A stretch of 64,000 bases of DNA from Nitrospira japonica (lineage in GTDB: Bacteria > Nitrospirota > Thermodesulfovibrionia > Thermodesulfovibrionales > SM23-35): NCBI GenBank assembly GCA_020725385.1, contig DYFC01000032.1, positions 1 to 64,000 of the forward strand. Reading direction: 5' to 3'. Below are positions 31,971-42,368 of the stretch, in pieces. The position numbers and the translations under genes were made by a program. The notes below the pieces were generated by a model. That model worked only from the letters and a program-made list of their open reading frames with translations. It was not told where the DNA came from and ran no database searches. Numbering within the stretch: position 1 is the stretch's first letter; each line of letters begins with the position of its first letter.

Positions 31971-34655
31971 ATGGGTAGAAATGTAATACCTGAAATCTTT
32001 TTTGAGTCAGCAGAAAAATATAAAGACAATGTTGCCTTTAATTATTTTGATGCTGGATGGAAAAGAATAACATATGCTGAACTTACAAAGAACGTTAAAT
32101 CCATTGCATCCTATCTTATAAATATTGGTATCAAAAAAGGCGACAGAGTCGCCATATGTTCTGAGAACCGTCCTGAATGGGGCACATCATATCTCGGGCT
32201 TTCTCTCGCAGGATGCATAGGTGTTCCTATTGATGTTCAACTCGGGCATAATGAAATAAAAAACCTGCTTGAAGATTCAGAGTCAAAAATTATATTTCAT
32301 AGTTTAAGAACCGCTGAAAATGTAAAAAAAGCTATTGAAGGCCTCGAAGAAAAATATAATTTAAAGGTATTGCCAGTTAATTTTGATTCTCCTGTATTCA
32401 AAGAGATTCTAACCACACCTGTTAAAGACAAATTTCCTGATATTGAAGAAGAAGATATTGCATCAATTATTTATACATCGGGCACAACAGGCAAGCCAAA
32501 AGGAGTTATGCTTTCACATAAGAACTTCTGTTCTGATGCAAAGGCACTTATGGATATTGGAATACTTTCAGATAAAGACAGTGTGATTAGTGTTCTGCCA
32601 CTTCACCATACATATCCTTTCCTTGGCAATTGTCTTCTGCCTGTTTTTCTCGGGATACCTGTTTCATTTCCGCCGAGCCTTAAGGGACCGGATATAATGA
32701 AAACAATGAAAGAATTCAATGTTACGGTTCTTGTGAGTGTTCCCCAGTTGCTTGAACTTATACGTAACGGTATTTTGAATAAAATAAAACAATTGAAGAG
32801 TCCCCTGCCAAAGATTATGTTCGGAATTTTAAATATATCGGGTAAATTGCGAAGAAAATATGATATAAATCCGGGCAAAATTTTCTTCAGTTCTGTTCAT
32901 AAATCTTTTGGAAAGAAATTCAGGTTTTCTGCCTGTGGCGGAGCAAAATTAGATACACAGGTTATGAAAGACCTTGAAGCTCTCGGCCTTACGATACTTG
33001 AAGGTTACGGACTAACCGAAACCTCGCCTGTAGTTTCATTCAATCCTATTCATAAAAGAAAACCGGGCTCTGTAGGAATAATTCTTCCTTCTGCAGAAGT
33101 AAAGATTGTTGATCCGGTTACAAATAAAGAAAAAGGTTTAAGGGAAGAAGGAGAGATTATTATCAGAGGTCCGATGGTCATGAAAGGATATTATAAGAAT
33201 CCGGAGGAAACTGCACAGGTACTTAAGGATGGCTGGTTCCATAGCGGTGATCTCGGTTATTTCGATGATGAAGGCTACTTGTTTATAACCGGAAGGATTA
33301 AGGAAGTTATAGTCCTGAGTTCGGGTAAAAATATATATCCTGAAGAAGTTGAAAAGCAATATCAGAAGATTCCGCTTATAAAGGAAATATGTGTATCGGG
33401 AATTGAAACAAAAGGAATGGTTGAATCTTTACACGCAGTAATTGTGCCTGATTTCGAGTATGCGGAAAAAAATAAAATTAGTAATATCCGTGAAGCATTG
33501 AACAAAGAAATTACCAATTTATCAACAGAGTTGCCTTCTTATATGACACTTAAAGGTTTTACTTTATATAATGATCCTCTACCGCGCACTCCTTTGGGTA
33601 AGCTTCGCAGATTTATGGTAAAGAATTTAATAAAAACACCTGTATCAATAAAAGAAGAAATTCCTGAAGAAGAATCTTATATATTAAAAGACGAAACAAG
33701 TGCCAAGATTATTGAATGTTTAAGATCCTTGCAAAAAGAAAAAGTACCTATAAAAAACACCGACAGTCTTGAGCTTGATCTTGGACTTGATTCTCTCTCA
33801 AAATTGGAACTTATTGCTATGCTTGAGAAAGTGTTTATGACCAAACTTCCTGATACTTTTCTCATAGGTGTGCAGACAGTGGAAGAATTAATCTCAAAGG
33901 TAAAAGAATATGGTAAAGGAAAAAGCAGTTCCTTGAAAAAATTACCCGAGTGGAAAGAAATATTATCCGCAGAACCTTCTTTTGAAGACAGAAAAAATAC
34001 AGGGTTTCATCATAATATATTTGAAAAGTTTGTATTATTTTCAGGACTTCAGTTAGTTAAAGCAATCTCAAAGGTATTTTTCAGATTACGTGTAAAAGGC
34101 ATAGAAAACATTCCTTCAAATTTTCCTTTTATAATTGCACCCAATCATGTCAGTTATCTTGACGCATTCATCATAGCTTCGGCAATTCCTTTTGATACAT
34201 TTAATAATCTTTACAGTCTCGGGATTCAAAAATATTTTGCAAATAAAGCTGGAAAGATATTTGCAAGACTTGCTAACGTTATCCCAATAGATCAGGAATT
34301 ATATCTCACAAAAGCTCTTCAAATGTCTGCTTATATCCTGAAAAACAAAAAATCCCTGCTTGTTTTCCCTGAAGGTAGCAGATCTGTCAATGGCGAACTC
34401 ATGGAATTCAAAAAAGGTGTTGGTATTCTTGCAGTTGAGATGAACATTCCTGTTGTGCCTGCTTATATTAAAGGAACTTTCAAAGCCTTACCAAGAGGCG
34501 CGGGCATACCAAAATTTGAAACTGTTGAAGTGATTTTCGGCAAACCCGTAATCCCTGCAGAAATTGATTTTTCAGCCAAACCCGAAGGAATTGACAGGTA
34601 TCAATACTTTGCGAATATATTGAAAAAAGAAGTCGAAAATTTAGGGAACAAATAA
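31971..34655 (+). CDS. Long-chain acyl-CoA synthetase-ACP-acyltransferase fusion
   Basis: YTSGTTGKPKG, GYGLTET, LGLDSL (Ppant Ser), NHVSYLD, FPEGSRS. Confidence 0.92.
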   Translation: MGRNVIPEIFFESAEKYKDNVAFNYFDAGWKRITYAELTKNVKSIASYLINIGIKKGDRVAICSENRPEWGTSYLGLSLAGCIGVPIDVQLGHNEIKNLLEDSESKIIFHSLRTAENVKKAIEGLEEKYNLKVLPVNFDSPVFKEILTTPVKDKFPDIEEEDIASIIYTSGTTGKPKGVMLSHKNFCSDAKALMDIGILSDKDSVISVLPLHHTYPFLGNCLLPVFLGIPVSFPPSLKGPDIMKTMKEFNVTVLVSVPQLLELIRNGILNKIKQLKSPLPKIMFGILNISGKLRRKYDINPGKIFFSSVHKSFGKKFRFSACGGAKLDTQVMKDLEALGLTILEGYGLTETSPVVSFNPIHKRKPGSVGIILPSAEVKIVDPVTNKEKGLREEGEIIIRGPMVMKGYYKNPEETAQVLKDGWFHSGDLGYFDDEGYLFITGRIKEVIVLSSGKNIYPEEVEKQYQKIPLIKEICVSGIETKGMVESLHAVIVPDFEYAEKNKISNIREALNKEITNLSTELPSYMTLKGFTLYNDPLPRTPLGKLRRFMVKNLIKTPVSIKEEIPEEESYILKDETSAKIIECLRSLQKEKVPIKNTDSLELDLGLDSLSKLELIAMLEKVFMTKLPDTFLIGVQTVEELISKVKEYGKGKSSSLKKLPEWKEILSAEPSFEDRKNTGFHHNIFEKFVLFSGLQLVKAISKVFFRLRVKGIENIPSNFPFIIAPNHVSYLDAFIIASAIPFDTFNNLYSLGIQKYFANKAGKIFARLANVIPIDQELYLTKALQMSAYILKNKKSLLVFPEGSRSVNGELMEFKKGVGILAVEMNIPVVPAYIKGTFKALPRGAGIPKFETVEVIFGKPVIPAEIDFSAKPEGIDRYQYFANILKKEVENLGNK

Positions 34656-34679
34656 TCTCTCAATTATTTAGGTTAGCAA

Positions 34680-35927
34680 CTAATTTGGAAAACTACCGAA
34701 CTTATTTATTACAAGTCCTGTCAGGAGTTTTGGATAGAAATAAGTAGATTTTGGAGGCATTCTTACAGATGATAAAGCAGATTTTTCCACATCCTCAACC
34801 TTTGTGGGATTCAGGAAAAAAGCAGCTTTGTATTGACCGAGTTTTAGTTTATCAAGGGCAAGATTAACATTCATCTCATAGCCTATATCGGCAGTATGCA
34901 ATAATTCCTTGAAAATCAATTCATGCAAGATCATTACATCTATATCCTGAAGGTTTTCAGGAATACCAGCAATTTTGCCGCCTTTATATGTGAGAATATA
35001 CCATTTTTCTTCACTATTTATTATGAAGCCAAAAGCATTTTTCCTTTCCCCGAGTCTTTTTACAATATCGAAGTCATCTTTTACGACTTCAAAATTAAAG
35101 TATTCTGAAAGGAGATTTTCCATTCCCGGAGGAATTTCTTTCAAGAGCCTGTGGGTTGGAAGTATTGTGACACCTTCGTCATACATATTGGCAAGAAACA
35201 TCATTACATATCCGGAGGTTAATTCTGATGAAGGATTTTTATCCGACATTTCCCTGAAAAATTCAAATGCTGTTTCATATCGGTGATGGCCATCAGCAAT
35301 AAAAATCGGCTTATCTTCAAGCTCATTCTGAATTATCTTTATTTCTTCAGGATTATTAATACACCATAATTTATGGGTATCACCTTTAATATCAATAGCA
35401 TTAATATAAGGACTGCCCTGGGTTGATCTTTTAATTATTTCTAAAATACCATCTTCCTTGCTTTTATAAAGTGAGAAAATCGGACTTGTATTTGCTTCAC
35501 AGGAACGCATAAGATTCAATCTGTCCTGTTTCGGCTTTGAATGGGTGCATTCATGAGGATAAATATTACCTTTGCCAAGTTCTTCCAGCTTAACAAGCCC
35601 TATTAAACCTGTAAGTTTTTTTATTTTACCTTCCGTACTAAAAGCCATCTCATAAATATAGAAGGAAGGTTTATCGCTCTGAATAAATATTCCCTCATCA
35701 AGCCATTTATCGAGATAATGGCGGGCCCTTATATATTTATTATCTTTTTCATTATCCCCGGGCAATTCTTTGCCGAAATCAATCCTGACAATATTATAAG
35801 GGCTCTGCATATAAAGGGCTTCTCTATATTCGGGTGTAATAATATCATAAGGGGGTGCAAGAACATCCTCCATAGATACTTTTGATGTATTATAAAGAAT
35901 TCCTTTGAATGGTATTATTCTTTTCAT
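34680..35927 (-). CDS. DUF1015 family protein
   Basis: APPYDII, PHECT, IADGHHRYETA, MPPKSTYFYPKLLTGLV. Confidence 0.92.
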   Translation of the reverse strand: MKRIIPFKGILYNTSKVSMEDVLAPPYDIITPEYREALYMQSPYNIVRIDFGKELPGDNEKDNKYIRARHYLDKWLDEGIFIQSDKPSFYIYEMAFSTEGKIKKLTGLIGLVKLEELGKGNIYPHECTHSKPKQDRLNLMRSCEANTSPIFSLYKSKEDGILEIIKRSTQGSPYINAIDIKGDTHKLWCINNPEEIKIIQNELEDKPIFIADGHHRYETAFEFFREMSDKNPSSELTSGYVMMFLANMYDEGVTILPTHRLLKEIPPGMENLLSEYFNFEVVKDDFDIVKRLGERKNAFGFIINSEEKWYILTYKGGKIAGIPENLQDIDVMILHELIFKELLHTADIGYEMNVNLALDKLKLGQYKAAFFLNPTKVEDVEKSALSSVRMPPKSTYFYPKLLTGLVINKFGSFPN

Positions 35928-36039
35928 TTACTTATTTTAATTGTAGAAATACAGAGTTAATATTTTATCACGTCTAAAAAATTATTTTCAAATATATAGT
36001 AGCTTGCGATTTAGACATTCACTCACTATAATTTTAGTT

Positions 36040-36879
36040 ATGTACGAAAAAATTCTCGCAGCAGTTAATGAATTCACAAATTCAGAGCTTGCAGCCCGCT
36101 ATGCTCTGGCTCTTTCGCAATCATGTAATGCAAAACTTTTTCTTGTTTTTGTTGTACAGGAAGGCATTGATAAAAACACTTTTAGAAGAGCTGAATTAGC
36201 TCTTGAAAGGCTTTTTATAGATGCTGAAAATAGAGGAATTGAAGTTAAAAGTATCACAGAAAAAGGAGAGCCGGTTAAGAATATATATAATATTGTCAGG
36301 AAAGAACATATAGATTTGGTTTTTACTGCCACACGAAGGGAAGATGTATCTAAACGTTTTTTTGCAAAAACTGTTGCAAGAGAATTGATATTAAAAATGC
36401 CATGCTCTGTTGCTATGGTAAGGATAGTCCGTATGGGCAGGATTCATCCGGTAAACATACTTGTACCTTTAAAAGGAATTATGAGAGACATAGAAGAAAG
36501 AGCTTTTTTTGTTGGAAAGCTTGCTTCGGGTTTTAATTCTAAAGTAACCATATTTCATTGTCCGGAACCTCTTACTGATTTCTTTCATGGAAAGATATAC
36601 CTTAGTCCTGCTATGAGAGAAAAACATATCCCCGGGGATATTGAAACTTTCACCGAATATTTAAGCAGGCACATGATTATTAATGAGAAAAGAACCAGCT
36701 ATGGCACGATTTCAAAGGCAATAACCATAGAAGCAGCCCACAAAAGAAATGATTTAATTATAATGGGAGCAAGCGAAAGAAGCCTTATAAAAAGCCTTAT
36801 CAGCGGTAATCCGGTTGAGGAAGTACTTAAAGAAACTCCTTGTGATCTGATTGTCTTGAAAGCAAGAAGCAAATCATAA
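36040..36879 (+). CDS. Tandem universal stress protein
   Basis: MYEKILAAV start; DLIIMGASE..GNPVEEVLKETPCDLIV. Confidence 0.88.
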   Translation: MYEKILAAVNEFTNSELAARYALALSQSCNAKLFLVFVVQEGIDKNTFRRAELALERLFIDAENRGIEVKSITEKGEPVKNIYNIVRKEHIDLVFTATRREDVSKRFFAKTVARELILKMPCSVAMVRIVRMGRIHPVNILVPLKGIMRDIEERAFFVGKLASGFNSKVTIFHCPEPLTDFFHGKIYLSPAMREKHIPGDIETFTEYLSRHMIINEKRTSYGTISKAITIEAAHKRNDLIIMGASERSLIKSLISGNPVEEVLKETPCDLIVLKARSKS

Positions 36880-39540
36880 ATGAAGATTCATAATCTTTCC
36901 ATAGATGAAGTTTTCAAGAGTCTTGTAACTTCAGAAGATGGTCTTACCGAACAAGAGGCATTAAGTCGTTTTTCTGAATACGGTTCAAATGAGATTAAAG
37001 AAATAAAGAAAAAACCTTTATATATAAAGTTCCTATCCCAATTTACACATTTTCTGGCTATACTTCTTTGGCTTGCTGCTGTATTAAGTTTTTTGTCCGA
37101 ATATCTGCATCCGGGCGAGGGAATGCTTACACTCGGGATTGCGATTGTAGCTGTAATATTTATAAATGCTGTTTTTTCTTTTATACAGGAATATAAAGCT
37201 GAAAAAGCTCTCGAAGCTTTAAAAAAACTTCTGCCTTTTCATGTAAAAGTACTGAGAGACAGCAAAGAAAAAGAGATTTACGCAAGGGAAATTGTTCCCG
37301 GAGACATTATACTTCTTTCCGAAGGAGATAAGATTCCTGCGGATGCAAGATTAATAGAAGCTTCCGAGCTTAAAGTAAATAATGCTTCTCTTACAGGTGA
37401 ATCCGAGCCTGTTTTAAGAAACAACGAGCCATTTGCCGGAGAATTAATAAGAAGCCCGAACATTGTATTTGCCGGCACAACAGTTACAAACGGCTCAGGA
37501 AAGGCAGTAGTTTTTGCAACAGGCATGAGTACAGAATTCGGCCGCATCGCACATTTAACCGGTGCTGTGAGTTCGGGTCTCAGTCCTCTTCAAAAAGAGA
37601 TCATTAGAACGACAAGAATCCTCGCAACAATAGCTGCTTCTGTTGGCATATTCTTCTTCTTGCTCGGATTCGTAATAGGAAGAAGTTTCTGGCATAATTT
37701 TATCTTTGCGATTGGTATAACAGTCGCCCTTATCCCTGAAGGTTTGCTACCAACAATGACTTTGTCACTTGCTATGGCAAGCCAGAGAATGGCAAAAAGA
37801 AAAGCATTAATAAAAACTCTTACATCTGTCGAGACTCTCGGAGCTGTAACAGTTATCTGCACCGATAAAACAGGCACGCTCACACAAAATAAAATGTCAG
37901 CAGTGAAAATCTACTTTAACAATAAACTTGTTGATGTAAATGAATTAAAAGATGGCATGGCCTTTGAACTGCTCAGGGTTTCCTATTTTTGCAATAATGC
38001 CCGTTTTATAGATGGACAGTATAAAGGTGATCCTACAGAAATTGCTCTTTTAAAACTCGCAAAAGAAAGATTAGGAAATTTAAAAGTAAAACGTTTAAAA
38101 GAATTCCCTTTTGATCCTGATAGAAAAAGAATGACAACAGTTAATATGCTTGAAAATGAAATTATAGCTTTTACAAAGGGAGCGATAGAGGGTCTCCTTC
38201 CTTTATGTAGTAATTTCATTATTGATGGCAAAAAAATACCGTTTGATGAAAATTCAAGCAAATTAATAATGGATACTTGCCACAATATGATGGATACGGG
38301 ATTGAGAGTTCTCGCATTTGCATATAAAGATGCTGTAAATATCGAAAACTTTGACATAAATGAAATTGAAAATAACATGACATTCGCAGGATTGATAGGG
38401 CTTGAAGACCCGCCAAGACCAGAAGTAAAAGAAGCAATTAGAAAATGTAATGAAGCAGGAATAAAGATAATAATGATAACAGGTGATAGTAGTAGAACAG
38501 CAGTAGCTATCTCAAAAGAAATTGGTTTGATAAAAGGCGACCCGATAATAATTGAAGGATATGAATTCAATAAAATGTCTGATAAGGAATTAATAGAAAA
38601 ACTTCAGGCTAAAGAAATTATATTTACAAGAATGACACCGAAACACAAATTAAGGGTTGTTTCATTGCTCAAAGAAGAGGGCGAGATAGTTGCTGTAACA
38701 GGCGATGGAGTAAATGATGCTCCTGCTTTGAAAAAAGCTGATATTGGACTGGCAATGGGAATTACAGGCACAGATGTAGCAAAAGAAGCAGCGGATATTA
38801 TTTTGCTTGATGATAATTTTGCAACTATTGTTAATGCTGTTGAAGAAGGAAGGACTGTTTTTGACAATATAAAAAAATTTATAACTTATATATTTGCTTC
38901 AAATATCCCCGAAGCAGTTCCATATCTTGCTTATATATTGCTCAAAATACCTTTGCCTTTGACAATAATCCAGATACTTGCTGTTGATCTCGGAACAGAT
39001 ATGCTCCCTGCTCTTGCATTGGGCGCTGAAAAACCTTCACCTGATGTTATGAAACAGCCGCCGAGAAAGATGAAGAAAAGGCTTCTGGATTTTCCTTTAA
39101 TTCTCAGGTCATACCTTTTTCTTGGCCCAATCGAAGCAGCAGCATGTATGTTTGGTTTTTTCTGGGTTTTAAATCACGGTGGTTGGCTCTGGGGCACAAT
39201 GCTTGGTCCCAATAACACACTTTATCTTCAGGCTACAACAGCATGTTTGACTGCAATAATTATTACCCAGATAGGTAATGTATTTGCCTGCCGCTCTTCA
39301 AGATCGTCTATCTTCCATACAGATTTTTTTTCAAATAAACTTATATTTCTCGGGATTATGGTTGAAATTCTACTTCTTCTATTTATCGTTTACCATCCAT
39401 TCGGGAATAAAATATTCTTAACTGCTCCTATAAGTTTCGAGACATGGCTTGTACCTGTACCATTTAGCATCGCACTGTTAGTTTTGGAGGAATTGAGAAA
39501 ATTTTATGTACGAAGACAAAAACAAGAAAAATATATTTAA
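36880..39540 (+). CDS. Cation-transporting P-type ATPase (type II)
   Basis: TGES, PEGL, DKTGTLT, TGD, GDGVNDAPAL. Confidence 0.95.
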   Translation: MKIHNLSIDEVFKSLVTSEDGLTEQEALSRFSEYGSNEIKEIKKKPLYIKFLSQFTHFLAILLWLAAVLSFLSEYLHPGEGMLTLGIAIVAVIFINAVFSFIQEYKAEKALEALKKLLPFHVKVLRDSKEKEIYAREIVPGDIILLSEGDKIPADARLIEASELKVNNASLTGESEPVLRNNEPFAGELIRSPNIVFAGTTVTNGSGKAVVFATGMSTEFGRIAHLTGAVSSGLSPLQKEIIRTTRILATIAASVGIFFFLLGFVIGRSFWHNFIFAIGITVALIPEGLLPTMTLSLAMASQRMAKRKALIKTLTSVETLGAVTVICTDKTGTLTQNKMSAVKIYFNNKLVDVNELKDGMAFELLRVSYFCNNARFIDGQYKGDPTEIALLKLAKERLGNLKVKRLKEFPFDPDRKRMTTVNMLENEIIAFTKGAIEGLLPLCSNFIIDGKKIPFDENSSKLIMDTCHNMMDTGLRVLAFAYKDAVNIENFDINEIENNMTFAGLIGLEDPPRPEVKEAIRKCNEAGIKIIMITGDSSRTAVAISKEIGLIKGDPIIIEGYEFNKMSDKELIEKLQAKEIIFTRMTPKHKLRVVSLLKEEGEIVAVTGDGVNDAPALKKADIGLAMGITGTDVAKEAADIILLDDNFATIVNAVEEGRTVFDNIKKFITYIFASNIPEAVPYLAYILLKIPLPLTIIQILAVDLGTDMLPALALGAEKPSPDVMKQPPRKMKKRLLDFPLILRSYLFLGPIEAAACMFGFFWVLNHGGWLWGTMLGPNNTLYLQATTACLTAIIITQIGNVFACRSSRSSIFHTDFFSNKLIFLGIMVEILLLLFIVYHPFGNKIFLTAPISFETWLVPVPFSIALLVLEELRKFYVRRQKQEKYI

Positions 39541-39745
39541 GAAAATACAGATGTTGCGAAAAATCCGTTATCCGTATTAAATACGGACAGGTGGAACGGT
39601 TTTTTCGTGCGATGCCTGCATTAACTGGGTTATTAAATGTTTTGACAAAAGAATTTATATTTAAGTATATTTTGTTAGTGTTTCAGATTTGAAGACATTT
39701 ATGATTACAATCAGACCTAATAGAACTTAGGGAGAGACATTCTAA

Positions 39746-39955
39746 ATGAGGAAGATTAAATATAGCAAAGATGTTGACACCCTTCTTATTGAACTTTCAG
39801 ATAGAAAAATAGACTATGCTGAAGAAGAAGGTCAAATAATTATACATTTTTCAAAAGATGGAGAACCGGTTCTTTTGGAGATATTAGATGCAAAAGACTT
39901 TTTACTCAATTCTCTCGCAAGTCTTGTAAAAGAAAAAGAAGTAGCAATACCTTAA
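39746..39955 (+). CDS. DUF2283 family small protein
   Basis: IKYSKDVDTLLIEL...IIHFSKDGEPVLLEILDA. Confidence 0.8.
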   Translation: MRKIKYSKDVDTLLIELSDRKIDYAEEEGQIIIHFSKDGEPVLLEILDAKDFLLNSLASLVKEKEVAIP

Positions 39956-40129
39956 ATAACAAAAAACACAGACAACTATACATATTAACAGTTTACAGTT
40001 TACTTTTAACGCTTTACTTATTTACAGCTTTTCACGTTTTTCTTTTTTATACGTAAGCATTGTTTGTTACCCGTATAAATACGGACACGATGAATACAAT
40101 TATTTATTGCCGAGTTAATAATATATATA

Positions 40130-40493
40130 TTATTTTTGGAGGGTCTTTAAATATTCTAAAATTGCTTCTTTAAATCTATCAAAATCTCCAGGATATTTCT
40201 TTAGGATTGTAACAATTATTTCTGCATCTATCTGCTCATACTGGTGCACTAAAATATTCCTGAATTTTGACATCTTCTTAAGACTTATAAAAAGTTCTTC
40301 TCCGAATTTTATTTTCATATAAAATTTTAAATATATCTGCATAACTCCCAGGTGCTCTCATGTTTCCACATGAAATAATGTGCTTCGCAATATCAGCACA
40401 TGTCTCTATCATTATCTGCAAAGTCATCTCAATTATACGCTGTTTCTTCCAGTCTTCTTTATACTCTCTAACTGTTATCTCAGAATACTCCTG
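40130..40493 (-). pseudogene. HepT/DUF86 (HEPN) toxin, N-truncated and frameshifted
   Basis: QEYSEITVREY..RIIEMTLQIMIETCADIA..SYADIFKILYENKI, then a frameshift into GEELF..FRNILVHQY (RX4H). Confidence 0.8.
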
Positions 40494-40666
40494 TCCGTGT
40501 TCTGTAAATAAATAGCAATATCTACATCTGATAAATTTGTTTGACTACCGGATGCCATGCTTCCAAAAAGATATGCAAAAATAATATTATCCTCAGCTTC
40601 AATAACTTTTTTTACCTCATTAATAATCATCAGTCTATTTGATAATATAGGCCTAAATTTAATCAT
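40475..40666 (-). pseudogene. MNT nucleotidyltransferase antitoxin, C-truncated
   Basis: FAYLFGSMASG..SDVDIAIY, then an abrupt end into the HEPN remnant. Confidence 0.8.
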
Positions 40667-41247
40667 GTTTAACTATTGCGTAGTAAATAAAAGTTGTCAA
40701 CTTTGAATTTTTCTTTATCGTTTTTATCTTGCCATTTATCAAAAGTATATAGCTGACACCTTTATTTTTATTTACCCGAAAGATGCAATTGGAGATGCTG
40801 AACCAACCCTGAAACAAGTTCATGGCATGGTTTATGATGACAATTTTCGACCCTTTACGCATAAGCAATTTCACACTAACGGCACCAGGGTTAGGAAACC
40901 TAATCAGGGGTTTTTACAAGTGCTTGAATATACCACTTAAAAGCTTTTTAATCAAGTATTCCTGTTGGTTTCATAGTTGTATATAGTTTGATTTGTTTTG
41001 ATGTTTTTTGATATATTCATTTCACGATTTTTTCATGTGAAAAATTTAACAATCTAAGGTGTGCCTGCTGCGCCCGCCCGCCACTCCGCAGGCACGAGTT
41101 TTTCCATAGCCCCCGTCGCTCAGGCACTATGCTTGCGTTATCCCGCAAAAGCTGCGCCAGTCACTAAACTTGCTTTTTGACTGCAAGCAAGCCCGTGCCT
41201 TCGCTCCACCACCCTATAATAATATTGTGTTTAGTTCGGGTGATATG

Positions 41248-41532
41248 TCAGTTCCATGTTACATCTTGTTCATCATAAGCATCTTCCATTGCTTCAAGTA
41301 CTAACCGAAAAAATTCTGGATTTTCTCCAAGAAAATTAACAAGAAGTTCCGCTAAAACATAGGGTTCTTCCATCGAAAATAACCATATGTCTTTTTCAAA
41401 ATCACCGTTCATTAAAACGATAAAATTCTTTGCCTTCCCATTTTGTTCACCTCTTAATTTGCCCAGAACCTTTCCTGTAGAAAATAGTTCAAAGTTGATG
41501 TTATAAAGCTTTTTCTCTTTGTTCTTTATCAT
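41248..41532 (-). CDS. Orphan 94-aa protein downstream of the SAM-I/IV riboswitch
   Basis: Strong GGAGGT RBS; no family recognised. Confidence 0.7.
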   Translation of the reverse strand: MIKNKEKKLYNINFELFSTGKVLGKLRGEQNGKAKNFIVLMNGDFEKDIWLFSMEEPYVLAELLVNFLGENPEFFRLVLEAMEDAYDEQDVTWN

Positions 41533-41673
41533 TTTTTACCTCCGATTTTTGTTTTCTTGAGTGGATTAAGGCTCTGCCTGATATTGTTTTATGGTGGTAG
41601 CTTGGATATAAGAGAAAATTGCGGTTTCATCGATGCAAGCACCTCCTTTTCGAGATGATTACATCAGGGCAAT

Positions 41674-41699
41674 AAAAAAACCGCCACATCAGGGCGGTT
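41674..41699 (-). terminator. Intrinsic terminator of the riboswitch expression platform
   Basis: AACCGCC-CTGATGT-GGCGGTT followed by a T-run. Confidence 0.85.
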
Positions 41700-41705
41700 A
41701 GTTCA

Positions 41706-41818
41706 TTTGGAGATCTTTTTTTCGGAAAACTCAGTCCGCACATCGAGTGGTTTCCCACTCAGGCACCGTAGCATCTCCACGCTCGGTTGCCGAATCCTCC
41801 TCGGATTGCTCCTGATGT
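41706..41818 (-). ncRNA. SAM-I/IV-type riboswitch aptamer
   Basis: P1 ACAUC/GAUGU, AGGAG junction, P2 AAUCC/GGAUU, CGGCAACC...GGUGCC P3, P4 GAGUGG-GAAA-CCACUC, P5 CGGA/UCCG, 3' tail AUCUCCA complementary to UGGAGAU at the tip of P3. Confidence 0.85.
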
Positions 41819-42090
41819 TATGTTATTTTAACATATTTCCATTCAGAAAAGCTTCAATATTTTTTTTGATTTTATCTTCTCTTTTGCCTTAATATATGCT
41901 TCGTTAGGTCTAATGGATTTGTAATGATAAGTAAATCTTTTAGAGAATCTTGTTTGAAATCTTAACTATGAAATTTTAAGTGCCCAAACCAATTGAAATG
42001 ATTTTTACTTTAAGACTTCCTCTTGTTAATTCGACAAATGTAAAGATTTATGATTGTTCTCTAAAAAGTTGTTGAATAAATAGACACACT

Positions 42091-42313
42091 GTCATTCCCC
42101 GATTTACCTGCCCACTGTTTTTGTGGCGGGATCGGGGAATCCAGTTTTAGCCTTATTACCGGTTACTGCGCCATGTCTTTTTAAAGTTTCAAGCATGCCC
42201 TCTGGTTTTACTGGAGGGTTGTGGTATGACAGAAACTTTGGATTCTCCGGTCAAGTAAGCCCACTGGCTTGCTTGACCGCCATTTGTTTGGCGGAACCGA
42301 AGGGCCAGAGAAT
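42091..42313. repeat. REP-like composite element (GTCATTCCCCGAT..ATCGGGGAATCC plus the half shared with 19573-19649)
   Basis: Palindromic halves with nested small palindromes; right end lacks the terminal GAC seen at 19647-19649. Confidence 0.75.
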
Positions 42314-42368
42314 TTCATTTTTAATCTCTCACTTTCACGTTCGTCTTTCACTCTGCCAAAGGCAGCCC

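Noticed and set aside
40659-40874. 71-aa ORF upstream of the MNT remnant
   Set aside because: No recognisable motif or clear RBS; cannot be supported.
41097-41115. GTTTTTCCATAG resembling the ColE1 origin
   Set aside because: Only a 12-nt match with no surrounding RNAI/RNAII similarity; probably chance.
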